Source: Negaprion brevirostris (lineage: Eukaryota). Taken from it: a DNA stretch of 64,000 nucleotides. The notes beneath the pieces are model-generated. The model was not told the DNA's origin. It worked only from the letters and a program-made list of their open reading frames with translations, and made no database searches. The DNA lies in contig JARDVH010000084.1 of assembly GCA_030324005.1 (NCBI GenBank), forward strand, positions 39,846,585 through 39,910,584, read 5' to 3'. Made by a program: the position numbers and the translations under genes. The first letter of the stretch is position 1; every line of letters starts with the position of its first letter. This document shows, in pieces, positions 1-10,230 of the stretch.

Positions 1-154
1 TATTTTCTATTATCTAGTTAGCACATACAAATCTTTTGAACTAGCATTTGACTCTTGACTACTTTCAATACAAACGTTCCAGGACATCATCAAATGGCAA
101 CCTCCCTCCTGTACAATTAGTGACTCATTGTTGATCTGCTAATGTATATAACAC

Positions 155-530
155 AAAGAAAGAACTTGCAATTATAGCTTGTCTATCCTAACCTCAGGAT
201 GTCCTAAGGTGTTTTACAGTCAACACAGTACTTTTTAAGTGTAATTACCACTGTAATATAGGAAACACAGTAGCCAATTTGTGCACAGCATGGTTTCACA
301 AACAGCAATGAAATAAATAACTGGATCATCTGTTTTTAGGTGTTGGCTGAGAGATAAATGTTGGCTTGAACACCAGGGAGATCTCAATGCTCTTCCGTGA
401 ATTCTGCAGTGGGATATTTTAGATCCATTTAGGAGGGCAAATAGGACGGCTGTTTAACATCTCATCTAATGCTTGAACTTGAGTTTCTGACTCAGAGGTA
501 AGAATGCTACCCCTCAGCAAAGGCTGACAC
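155..530 (-). mobile_element. Deu-domain SINE (SacSINE1/AmnSINE-like), degenerate
   Basis: Contains 'tgtaatataggaaacacagtagccaatttgtgcacagca...cacaaacagcaatg' and 'ggctgagagataaatgttggc', the reverse complement of the Deu domain, plus a tRNA-like head near 480-530. Aligns by eye with the copy at 24165-24550. Confidence 0.75.
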
Positions 531-960
531 TCAATCGTACTGAAATAGGAAGGTGGTAAAGTATATAACATTTCAAGATCAACATGAATAATCACTGCTG
601 AGCATTAACCAGCAAAGGAACTGAAGTGCTGAATTATAAAGCAAAAATTCTAGAGAATAAATTGAAAAAAAATCTTGCTGAAACTGAACAGTGCCAGTTT
701 TAAGAGTCAGCAGAGGGATTTGATATGCATTTTCCTATGAATGCAAAATGTTCTGGATGATAGAAATCTGCAAATCAAGACAGAAAATGTTGGAAATACT
801 CGGTGCACTAGGTAGTAACTGTAGAGAGAGAAACAGAGTTAATGTTTCAGTTAGTGGTCTTTCATCAAAAATCACAAAGTTAGAAATATAACAGGTTTTA
901 AGCAAGTATACAGGACAGAATGGAAGGAAGGAAGGACAAAAGGTAAGGTCTAAAGCTGGT

Positions 961-1256
961 AATTTTATTTATTGTGTCATAAGTAGGCTTACATTAACAC
1001 TACAATGAAATTACTGTGAAAATCCCTGCGTCGCCACACTCCGGCACCTGTTCAGGTACACAGAGGGAGAATTTAGCATGGCCAATGCACCTAACCAGCA
1101 CGTCTTTCGAACTGTAGGAGGAAAACAGAGCACCCAGAGGAAACCCATGCAGATGTGGGGAGAATGTACAGACTCCACAATGACAATGACCCAAGCCAGG
1201 AATTGAACCTGGGTCCCTGGCACTGTGAGGCAGATGTGCTAACCACTGTGCCACCT
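961..1256 (-). mobile_element. V-SINE (HE1-type head/V-domain) with 'cctacttgtgac..aataaa'-type tail
   Basis: Minus strand reads GGTGGCACAGTGGTTAGCA (A box), GGTTCAATTCC (B box), V-domain 'tgtacattctccccacatctgcatgggtttcctc', then an A-rich tail. Confidence 0.9.
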
Positions 1257-1857
1257 TCAAAAGGATGGAGAGATTGCAGGAATAATAAGATAATGAAGCA
1301 AGGCAAAAGTTAGTTGGATGAGGGAGGAAAAGGAGAGGAAGAGGTGGATGAGACACAGAAAACAAGATGGATCTACAGGAGGTACAGGTTGGAATAGCAG
1401 AATCATTGCTTCCTGCTGCTGCTATCCAAAAAAAATGTGGTCAGAGATATTGATCTGAAATTGTTGAACTCAAATGTTAAGTCCCGAAGGTTGTAATGTG
1501 CCTAAATGAAAGGTGGAATGCTATTCCACCAGCTTATGCAGAGTTTTAGTGGAGAAGTATAGGAAGCCAAGGACAGCAAGGTAGAGAATTAAAATGATGA
1601 CCAACAGGCAGCTTAGGGTCACATTTGCAGACTGCAAAGTAATCATTCAACCTCTGGTTTCCACAGTGCACAGAAGGGTGCATTGTGAACAGCAAATGTA
1701 GCATACCACATTGAAAAAAGCAAGTGCATCACCATTCCACTTGGAAGGAGTTCTGGATCCTATTTAGTATGCTGTGGCATTGCTGGTGTTGGACTGGGGT
1801 AGGCACAGAAAGACGTCTCACAACACCAAGTTAAAGTCCAACAGGTTTATTTGGTAA

Positions 1858-1892
1858 CACAAGCTTTCAAAGCACTGCTCCTTCATCAGGTG
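1858..1892 (-). ncRNA. Minimal type I hammerhead ribozyme motif (Penelope type)
   Basis: Minus strand: CAC-CTGATGA-A-GGAGC-AGT-GCTTT-GAA-AGCT-T-GTG. This has an intact core, stem II with G-U pairs, palindromic stem III (AGCT) and a 3-bp stem I. Confidence 0.7.
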
Positions 1893-2113
1893 AGCGGGAG
1901 TTAGGTTCACAAACAGGGCATTTTTGATACACATGCAATGCCTTGTCCTGCCTTAGACAATTCATGCCTCTTTAATCTGTGCTTAACCCTCTTTCCACTT
2001 GCATTGTCTTCACCTGTAAAGACCTGATTACCTGTTAAGACTCGCATTCCAACCATTACCTGGTAATTGAGTCTGTGTCCGTATATGCCCTGTTTGTGAA
2101 TCCAACTCCCACT

Positions 2114-2148
2114 CATCTGATGAAGAGGCAGCGCTCCGAAAGCTCGTG
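2114..2148 (+). ncRNA. Minimal type I hammerhead ribozyme motif (Penelope type)
   Basis: CAT-CTGATGA-A-GAGGC-AGC-GCTCC-GAA-AGCT-C-GTG. The core is intact and stem II has one mismatch. Confidence 0.65.
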
Positions 2149-2307
2149 CTACCAAATAAACCTGTTGGACTTTAACCAGGTGTTGTGAGACTTCCTGATG
2201 AGTGAANNNNNNNNNNNNNNNNNNNNNNNNNNNNNNNNNNNNNNNNNNNNNNNNNNNNNNNNNNNNNNNNNNNNNNNNNNNNNNNNNNNNNNNNNNNNNN
2301 NNNNNNG

Positions 2308-2565
2308 CATAGCTTTAAATTAAGGGGTGGTAGTTATAGGACGGATGTCAGAGGTAGGTTCTTTACCCAGAGGGTGGTGAAGGGTTGGAATGCCCTGCAT
2401 GCTACAGTTGTAAATGCGCCTAGCTTGGGGGCGTTTAAGAGATCCGTGGATAGGTTTATGGATGGAAAGCAATTGGTTTAGGTTAGAGGGTCATTACTTT
2501 TTAATTGGTCGGCGCAACATTGTGGGCCAAAGGGCCTGTTCTGCGCTGTAATGTTCTATGTTCTA
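2308..2565 (+). mobile_element. CR1-clade LINE 3' end
   Basis: 'gcatagctttaaattaagggg...gtcagaggtaggttctttacccagagggtggtg..tggaatgccctgc' encodes HSFKL..RFFTQRVV..WNAL and ends in a (ttctatg)n tail. Confidence 0.85.
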
Positions 2566-4247
2566 TAATCAATTGATTGTGGATGCTGGTATCAAGGAAG
2601 GTGAGAATAAGGTTCTGGAATGGAAATGAAGGGGCGACAGCAGAAGTGCAGAAGATAGAACAGACTTGGTCAAGGGTCCTGTCATTCAAAGTGAATCATT
2701 CTTCACTTGAGGAAAAAGGAAGAGGTATCAGAAGCATTGGTATGGATTGGTAGCACCATTAGCAGAGATGTGATAGAGATGGTGAAACTGGGAAAATGGA
2801 TAAAGTCCTTACAAGAAATGGGTAGGAATGGGGGCAGAGATGTTGCCAAAGTAGCTGTCAACTCAGTGAACCTTCAGTGAATATTGGTCAATTAACTGTT
2901 CCCAGAAATGAAAGCAAAGAAGTCAAGTCGAGGAAGGAAGGACTCAGAGATGGACCACATATTGCCCATTATTGTTGGTACCATTATTTGCTTGATTCCA
3001 CTCTTACCACTCTGTCTGTAGATTGAGGATCACTGGCAAAGCTTCCTTTCCCATCCTCCATGCCACTGCATCCAGAATACCCAAGGATCTATCTTAGTAT
3101 CCTTGGCCCTTCCTGATCTACATGCTGCAATTCCCTACATCATCTATAGATCAGGGGTCAGCTGATGGCAACCAACTTGACATGTCTACCATTTCTGTTA
3201 ATCCTATCACTATCTCTGCTTTCTGAATACTTGCCCTCCATCTTGGCTGAACTGCAATTTCATCCAGTTAACTGCTAGGAAGACCAAAGCAATGATCTTT
3301 AGTCTTTGTCACTAACTGTACCATTGTCACCATTCCAATCCATTTCCATAACTTAAGTGGGCTGAACTTTATGTCCTATTCAACCAAGAATTGAGCATCC
3401 TACAGATACTCTTTCCAAACAATAATCAACTACCACCTTTGCACAGAGTTCCACCACCCTCAAGAACCACCTTGCTTCTCCAATTCCCTCTGCTCCTTCA
3501 AAATCTTTGATCTAATATTTCCTTCTTTGGCTCTGTGTTTGAAACGATGAAGCCACTGTGACTGACACTGTTCCAGTTCAGGTTTACAAGGCTGGAGGTC
3601 AATATCTGGATAAGAATATCACTGAAATTCTCAGATAAATGTGGGAGCAAGGAACCATCCCACAATAATACAAATATGCTTCCATAAACTGCCTGTACAA
3701 GCAGAAAGTACCTCACAAATCTTGTGACAATCATAGGGGAATCTCACTCCTCTCCATCGCTAGTAAGATCTTAGCCAGAGTCCTTATAAACCACTTAGTG
3801 CAATATCTCAACCAGGGTCTGCTGCCAGATAATTGGTGCAGTTTCAGAAAAGGTCAAGGAACCACTGACACAATGTCTGCAGTTAGACAGCTATAGAAGA
3901 AAATGCCAAAAACAGAACATGGACTCTTAATCACATTTGTTGGCCTGCTGAAGGCATTTGCCACAGTCAACCATGAGGGCCTTTGTGAAAGGGAACAGAG
4001 AAATTTGGCTGCTGAGAAATTTATCACAATGGTTCGGCAATTACAAGCGCACTCATGTCCTGGATGTTGGTGAGTCTTCTGACCTAGTCTAGCGCTAATC
4101 CTCTTCAGCAAGTTTTTACTCTGACCTGCTCATTGTTGCCTACCATGNNNNNNNNNNNNNNNNNNNNNNNNNNNNNNNNNNNNNNNNNNNNNNNNNNNNN
4201 NNNNNNNNNNNNNNNNNNNNNNNNNNNNNNNNNNNNNNNNNNNNNNN

Positions 4248-4783
4248 TCTCCAGTTTTCTCCCACTCCCTCCTGTTATGGACCCTTTTCTCCTGCGGGGA
4301 CAGAAGGGTGATTGAAAGCCTGATGGCTGGAAGGTTCCAGGATGTCAGGGGTGTGGGCAATCAGATGGTGCATGTCAGCACTGTGCTCAGCAGGCAGGGG
4401 TTGTGATGGGGGATAAGGGGAATGACAGGACGGAAAATGGAGGAAAATGCTTGGCGGTCAGGTGCTGGAAGGCCACGGAGTGTCAGGAAGTGGATCGATG
4501 TGGACATCCCAGGTGTGACATGCGGGGCTGATACCAGGACAGGATAGACACTCACCCTTGATGCCCGAATGTGGTTGTTCATTTTCTTTTGGCACTGGTC
4601 CTCCATGTCAATGCATGGGCACTGACTGCCGCTGCTTTCACTACCCAGGCTGCATTGCCAACCTGACTCCTGGGTCATCGGCCATCTCAGGGGAAACAAG
4701 ATGGTCCACCTCTCCCTGAGGGCATGCAGAGACTGTCCTAACTCTCCCCCCGTAAAGTGTGGAGCAGGTCTGCATAGTGCTAT
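4248..4783 (-). pseudogene. Harbinger Myb/SANT-like (NAIF1/MSANTD-type) DNA-binding gene remnant with a GT-AG intron
   Basis: Exon 1 (~4783-4556) gives 'RPAPHF..ELG..L.AL.ERWTILFP...QCQKKMNNHIRASR' followed by GTGAGT at 4555-4550. Acceptor 'cttctgtccccgcag' ends at 4292. Exon 2 gives 'EKRVHNRREWEKTG' up to the gap. Confidence 0.65.
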
Positions 4784-5030
4784 CTTCTGGTGTGACTGAC
4801 TGCGGCTGCGGTGGGAGCGTTTAAGTGATGCTCCTCCTACTTAACGGCGCGCAGCTGTCACCAACTTAGAGTCATGCACTGGAACCTCCATGGCAGCTTC
4901 ATATGGAGGCTCTTTCACTGCACTGAGTGTTGAAAGACTGCCATGTGGAGCAAGCCTGAGAAAGACCAGGGTAGTTCACCACATGTTATCCACTACAACA
5001 GCTTAGAAATTTGGGGGAAAAATTCTGCCT
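4248..5030 (-). mobile_element. PIF/Harbinger element fragment carrying the Myb/SANT-like ORF
   Basis: TIR GGCAGAATTTTTCCC on the minus strand at ~5014-5029, the same TIR family as 45777, 54686 and 62995. The Myb/SANT remnants are described in the next feature. Confidence 0.7.
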
Positions 5031-7088
5031 GCTATTACTGCTCCAGTGATGGTGCACCAACTTCCAATTCAAAGCTGGACATGCAGTGTAGCATGAACCT
5101 ATTCACCAACACCTGACAAACTTCAGCCTTACAATCAACACAAAGGAAACTGAAATAATGTACCAGCCTAATGTACCAGGGAAAGCCCTGATTCAAGTTC
5201 AAGACTTCAATCCATGATCAGAACCTGTCAGCAGTAGATAAGAATCATAGAATCCCTACTGTGCATTAGCTCACTGATCTTGACAGCACACTCTCTTCAG
5301 CTGTCAATATTGACGAGGAGACACATGCAAGAATTGCCAAAGCAAGCGTAGCCTTCACAAGATTTTCAACAACAGTCTGCGAATGAGTAAGGGTAAATTT
5401 GCCTTCCAAACTGAAAGGCTGTACAGCAATAATCCTAGTCCTGCCCACTCTGCATGTGAGACTTGAACTGTGTACCAGCATTATGCCACAATGCCACATA
5501 GCTCAACTAGTTTCACTAAAACTGCTTTTGAAAGCTTCCAAAGATCCATCAGCAAGACGAAATGCCAGGTGCTCACCCGGGCAGGCATGCCAAGCATGCA
5601 CGCCATATTGAGATAGTCACAACTGAGTTGGGCTAGGCATGTAGTCAGAAACCTAACAGTTGCTTACCAAAGTGAATCTTCTTTGCAGAGTTTGAGTGTG
5701 GGGACTATTCTCATGGCGCTCGGAGGAAGTGCTACCAGGACATTCTGAAACTTCACCTGGAGTTTTGCTATTAACTTTTGAATCCTGGGAGAAGCACGCC
5801 CAGGTATGCTACACCGGACACAACCAAATAAAAAATGATGCAGCCTCCTTCAAAAACAAATGCAAATTAGAGGCTCAGAGAAAACACTGGAAGAGGAAAT
5901 TCCAAGCCAGTAACTCATCCAAAATACAATCGTCTGCAGTCTGTTGAGCTATTTGCAGCAGAACCTTCCAGGTACAAATGGGCCGTAACAGTCACCTACA
6001 TACCCACCAGAACCCTACCATACAAATCAGATGATGAACATGGTGATCTTCACCTTAATTACACTCGTGTAGAGTCTTGGAATGATTGTCTACATTAAAT
6101 GTGCTACATAAATTCAGGTTGTTGTTGTAACGATCAGAAGTTTGCTGGAATATGCTGTCCAAAGAATCTGAAGAGTGGCTCTGTGATCATAAACTGGGGT
6201 AGAACAGAAACGAGAACTATTCTGCTCCTTATACTGAAGATTAAATCAGACATTAATATATTACTGAGCTATTTTATCCTTCTGATTTGTTCAAAAAAAC
6301 GCAACTGGGAACAGATCCAGATTGTTTGGGATTATGCTTGTGGCTGCACTGAGTTACACTAATATTCCAATTAATTAGTTAGTGGAGAAAAAAATTGCTT
6401 AACTGCTAAGTATGATACTATATTGTAATTACAGGTCTAAATTTCAATGACTATGCTGAGTGATTTTGTGGTCAACAGAAGTGCTTATATGGTCAGCTAG
6501 CAAAAACACAGGCATATTCCTTCTGTTAAACAAGAGAAAAGTGGGTTGCTTTTTTTTTATAATAGAAAGGAACGCGGTTTGATTTTTGTTTCAAAGAAAC
6601 TGCGCAGAGACCGCAGTTTGCTGTTGTCTTCCCCTATTGTGGCTGAGGACTCATAATTCAAACCATACCGAGCTGTAAACTGCCACGTTTCCAAGCCCAG
6701 CATTCCACTCTAATCTCCACACTGCCATATACTATTCCATATGCAGTGTTAGGTGTAAGGTCTTCATTTAGGGCAATCATTCCCCCCGTGGGCACTGCTT
6801 AGATACAATGCAGAAGGCAGACTTTGTGGCAGCTGAGATGATTAGACCGACCCTGCATGAAAACGCTCTGTACAGTGCTTCCATCTCAAAGAAATTTGAT
6901 CACTTTACTGCATTATATACCGCTTAAGCCAGAACTACTGGCAGTCACGCAACAGTTCATATACCATTGCTGCCACATACACAAAAAGGAACCCATATTC
7001 ATTTAAAAATCCACTGTGTTTAATGGCAGTTTCTACATAATCCAAACCCTCAACATTGAGCCAGGCTCACCAAAGACAAATGTTACTC

Positions 7089-7175
7089 TGTGTGTGTGTG
7101 TGTGTGTGGGGCAGGGGTGTACACAGATGACTAACCAACCAACTAACACCTCTCCCCACCACCCCCCCACCCCCA

Positions 7176-7210
<35 letters not shown>
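7089..7210. repeat. (TG)n and (CA)n microsatellites in inverted arrangement
   Basis: TG run at 7089-7107 and CA run at 7182-7210, with G-rich and C-rich spacers. Confidence 0.95.
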
Positions 7211-7213
<3 letters not shown>

Positions 7214-7649
7214 GCAAAACTGATCTGGAGCTTACTTGCTGGTCCACCCTGCGGCCATATCACGCTGTGGATGGGTTGAACAAAGGCCAAATAGGACCTC
7301 CNNNNNNNNNNNNNNNNNNNNNNNNNNNNNNNNNNNNNNNNNNNNNNNNNNNNNNNNNNNNNNNNNNNNNNNNNNNNNNNNNNNNNNNNNNNNNNNNNNN
7401 NNNNNNNNNNNNNNNNNNNNNNNNNNNNNNNNNNNNNNNNNNNNNNNNNNNNNNNNNNNNNNNNNNNNNNNNNNNNNNNNNNNNNNNNNNNNNNNNNNNN
7501 NNNNNNNNNNNNNNNNNNNNNNNNNNNNNNNNNNNNNNNNNNNNNNNNNNNNNNNNNNNNNNNNNNCTGTTTCAATATAGGGACACTACCAATTATGGTG
7601 CCTGCCCACCCCAATCTTAAATATTGAGCCAGGCTGACCAAAGACAAAT

Positions 7650-8191
7650 GGGCTGAATGTTTCCAAGGGTGGGGTGGGGTGGTGTGCACAATCCCATTTT
7701 ATCAGCAGCAGGGAAGGTGAAGGACAGCCCTCCAATCCAAAAGGTCAATAGAGACACTTAGGTGGATAAATTAAGGATCTCTTCACACTGCCAGTAGCAT
7801 TTACAACAGCAGGTGGACCCCTCACTACACCATATGAGGAGAATGTCAGGTGAACCATGACAGCCTCTCCTGGGCTCAAGTGGGAGTGGCCTCCTTTCAC
7901 CCACCCTTTGACCCATGATGAGAACACCAGCACCACCCTCCTCACTGGAGCCTTATCAAACTAATCCCAGCAGACCCAGACCTCACTTACCCCGTTTCCG
8001 TAGCATCCGCTTCTTTAAGGCACAGTCCCACTCACTCTAATTGGTCAGCAGCTCGTCAGGGTGGGTGGCTGCCTTAGCCACAACTAATTTGTTAGCTGGC
8101 CCCATCACTAGGAGTTCTGCAAATGGCCAATGTGGGGTTTCCCCCCACTTTCCAGCCCATCATCCACTACCACAAGAATAAAAATCAGCCC
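7650..8191. mobile_element. Harbinger-like MITE
   Basis: Left end GGGCTGAATGTTT and right end AAAAATCAGCCC form an imperfect TIR. Confidence 0.55.
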
Positions 8192-9274
8192 TCCCTCAGT
8201 GCACATGCTCAGGACTAACACCTATGTTTATTTGGTTGAAATGAGTAGCCTTGAGGTGAAGGTCTCTTCATGAACTCATTATGGATGCTGACCATCCCTC
8301 AAAATAAATATTATTTACACTTTGGAGTGAGGTGATGGAAGGATAGCTGCATGTCTGACATTGGCTTCAATCCTGTCATGCAAAAACTCTTTAAGGAGCC
8401 AAAGTAGAATGGAGGTAACTGTCATTGATCTAGGGGTTATTCAACTTCCACTATAAATACACTGGTTGAGCTTGTTTGCAATGTCAGCATCAGTCATCTC
8501 ATTATTCCCCCTTCTTGTGTCACAACCTTTCACTAACTTCCAGGAGTTAAGCTTGGATTATTGCCACATAAAATGCGTGATATTCTTATTCACTAACCTG
8601 AAAATACCTAGCCAATGTGATCAGTTACAGGTATCCTGTGACAACATTGCCTTAGGAGGTAATTATGAAATGCTCCACAGCTTTGCATATGCTCTCCCTC
8701 TGTTGGGTATGTACTGACCTGCACTAATCCATTGCCAATAAACCGCAAGATGCAAAACACTGGAGATCCTCAGGGTGTAAAACCAGATACCGTCCCCTGT
8801 CTGACATTGAGGATTAAAGTTATTCTAGGCATGGAAACAATATGGTTCAGTAGAAGGAAACTGTTACTACCCTCAAGCAGTCTTTGCCCTGTAGCATAAC
8901 AATACTTGCTTCAATGCACTGTATCCGCAAAATTAGCGGCAACAGGGTTTGCACATGAAAAAAAACTACTTAAACAATTCTCCATTCCGAACACAAAGTT
9001 CTTTGCAATTCTAAACCTCTCAGTGATCTGCAGTGAGAGAGAAAATGATCAAACCACCACCAGAGGCAGTGTTGAAACCATGTAATCCATACAGCTGCAC
9101 AAAGCCCAAAGTGAGGCCAACAACAGGACATCTGGATTTGACACACTGTGGATTTGACACACTTTTAAATTGGTAGTATTTAATATAAATGTCGAGTAAA
9201 ATGTAAGTGGCCCAAAACCAAGCCTTTGCACAAACACCTGCGATAACTCCCCTGTTCTTCAAAATCATAGAATG

Positions 9275-9415
9275 AAGTCTCACAACACCAGGTTAAAGTC
9301 CAACAGGTTTATTTGGCAGCACTAGTTTTCGGAGCCTCAAGCTCCTTCATCAGGTCAGTGAGGACTTGTGTTCACAAACAGGGCACATAAAGACAAAATC
9401 AATTTATAAGATAAC
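9275..9415 (-). mobile_element. Penelope terminal-repeat fragment with mutated hammerhead (9320-9356)
   Basis: Near-identical to 1812-1925. Minus strand reads GAC-CTGATGA-A-GGAGC-TTGAG-GCTCC-GAA-AACT-A-GTG. Confidence 0.8.
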
Positions 9416-9499
9416 GGCATCTCTGCATCATGGCTTCAAAATCATGCCATAGGAACTTTTACGTCCATCTGAAAGGGCAAGACTTTGATTTAGTGTCTC

Positions 9500-9742
9500 A
9501 TCAGCTGAATAAACTAGGCTTGTACTCGTTAGAGTTTAGAAGAATGAGGGGAGATCTCATTGAGACGTATATGATGATGANNNNNNNNNNNNNNNNNNNN
9601 NNNNNNNNNNNNNNNNNNNNNNNNNNNNNNNNNNNNNNNNNNNNNNNNNNNNNNNNNNNNNNNNNNNNNNNNNNNNNNNNGGGCAGGCTCGAGGGGCTAG
9701 ATGGCCTACTCCTGCTCCTGTTTCTTATGTTCTTATGTTCTT
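9500..9742 (+). mobile_element. CR1 LINE 3' fragment spanning a gap
   Basis: Peptide 'LNKLGLYSLEFRRMRGDLIETY' and tail 'gatggcctactcctgctcct..(ttcttatg)n'. Confidence 0.9.
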
Positions 9743-9892
9743 ATCTGAAAGACAGCATCTTTAACAATGCAGCGCTCCCTCAGTACTGCACTGGAGTGTC
9801 AGCTTATATTTTTGTGCTGAAGGTCTGGAAAGGGGTTGAAACTCACATCCTTCTGACTGAGAGGCAAGGATGGTACCAACTGGGTCATGGGT
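9743..9892 (-). mobile_element. SacSINE-like 5' fragment
   Basis: 'tctgaaagacagcatctttaacaatgcagcgctccctcagtactgcactggagtgtcagc...cttctgactgagaggc'. Confidence 0.7.
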
Positions 9893-9904
9893 AACATGTC
9901 TATG

Positions 9905-10230
9905 ATCCAGACCCTGTCCACTGTCCCTCCACATGGCTCCAGAACTCCAGGCTCTAAAGCCCGTCACTCTCCAGCGCTCCAGACCCTGCCGCCTGTCACT
10001 CTCGAGTTCCAAACCCTGTCCCATCACTCCACATGGCTCCAGATCCTGCCCCATCACTCTCCAGAACTCTGGACCCTGCCATCTGTCACTCTCCAGAACT
10101 CCAGATATTGCTCTGTCACTCTTCACAACTCCAGACTCTGTTCCCCGACACTCACCAGAGTTATTTTCAAGAGTTCTAGATCCTGCCTTGTCATTCCTCA
10201 CAACTGCAGACCTGTCACCACTCTGTGCCC
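9905..10230. repeat. Degenerate ~30-bp minisatellite (ctgtcactctccagaactccagaccctgcc)n
   Basis: About 10 diverged units are visible. This explains the overlapping stop-free ORFs at 9761-10388. Confidence 0.85.

Larger units (their letters stand above)
1780..2200. mobile_element. Non-autonomous Penelope-derived element with ~105-bp inverted terminal arms
   Basis: 1815-1921 is the near reverse complement of 2085-2191 (gtctcacaacacc..aaagtccaacaggtttatttgg.. / ..ccaaataaacctgttggactttaaccaggtgttgtgagac). Confidence 0.8.
765..2960 (-). mobile_element. Decayed Penelope-like element (RT + GIY-YIG remnants), interrupted by younger insertions
   Basis: Minus strand 1590-1762 gives the frameshifted GIY-YIG remnant 'NSFQVEW*CTC..FNVVCYICCSQC..LLCTVET..PKLPVGHHFNS'. 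Minus strand 2700-2940 gives the RT remnant 'LDFFAFISGNS*LTNIH..SCKDFI'. A terminal repeat lies at 765-870. Interrupted at 961-1256, 1780-2200 and 2308-2565. Confidence 0.7.
3560..6010 (+). mobile_element. RTE-clade LINE ORF remnant (RT to C-terminal zinc finger), split by a Harbinger insertion
   Basis: Frameshifted peptides: 'MWEQGTIPQ', 'SCDNHRGISLLSIASKILARVL', 'FRKGQGTTD', 'KAFATVNHEGL' (3640-3985), then 'FSLTINTK', 'VNIDEETHARIAKASVAF', 'CETWT-like', 'VLTRAGMPSM', 'LSWARHVVR', 'FESWEK' and a degenerate C..C..H...H (5940-6008). Confidence 0.85.

Noticed and set aside
1000-1365. 121-aa ORF and similar ORFs at 46988-47424 and 51626-51958
   Set aside because: Translations of V-SINE sequence.
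9905-10230. Possible CRISPR-like repeat array
   Set aside because: Units are contiguous and degenerate with no unique spacers, there are no cas genes, and the context is vertebrate.
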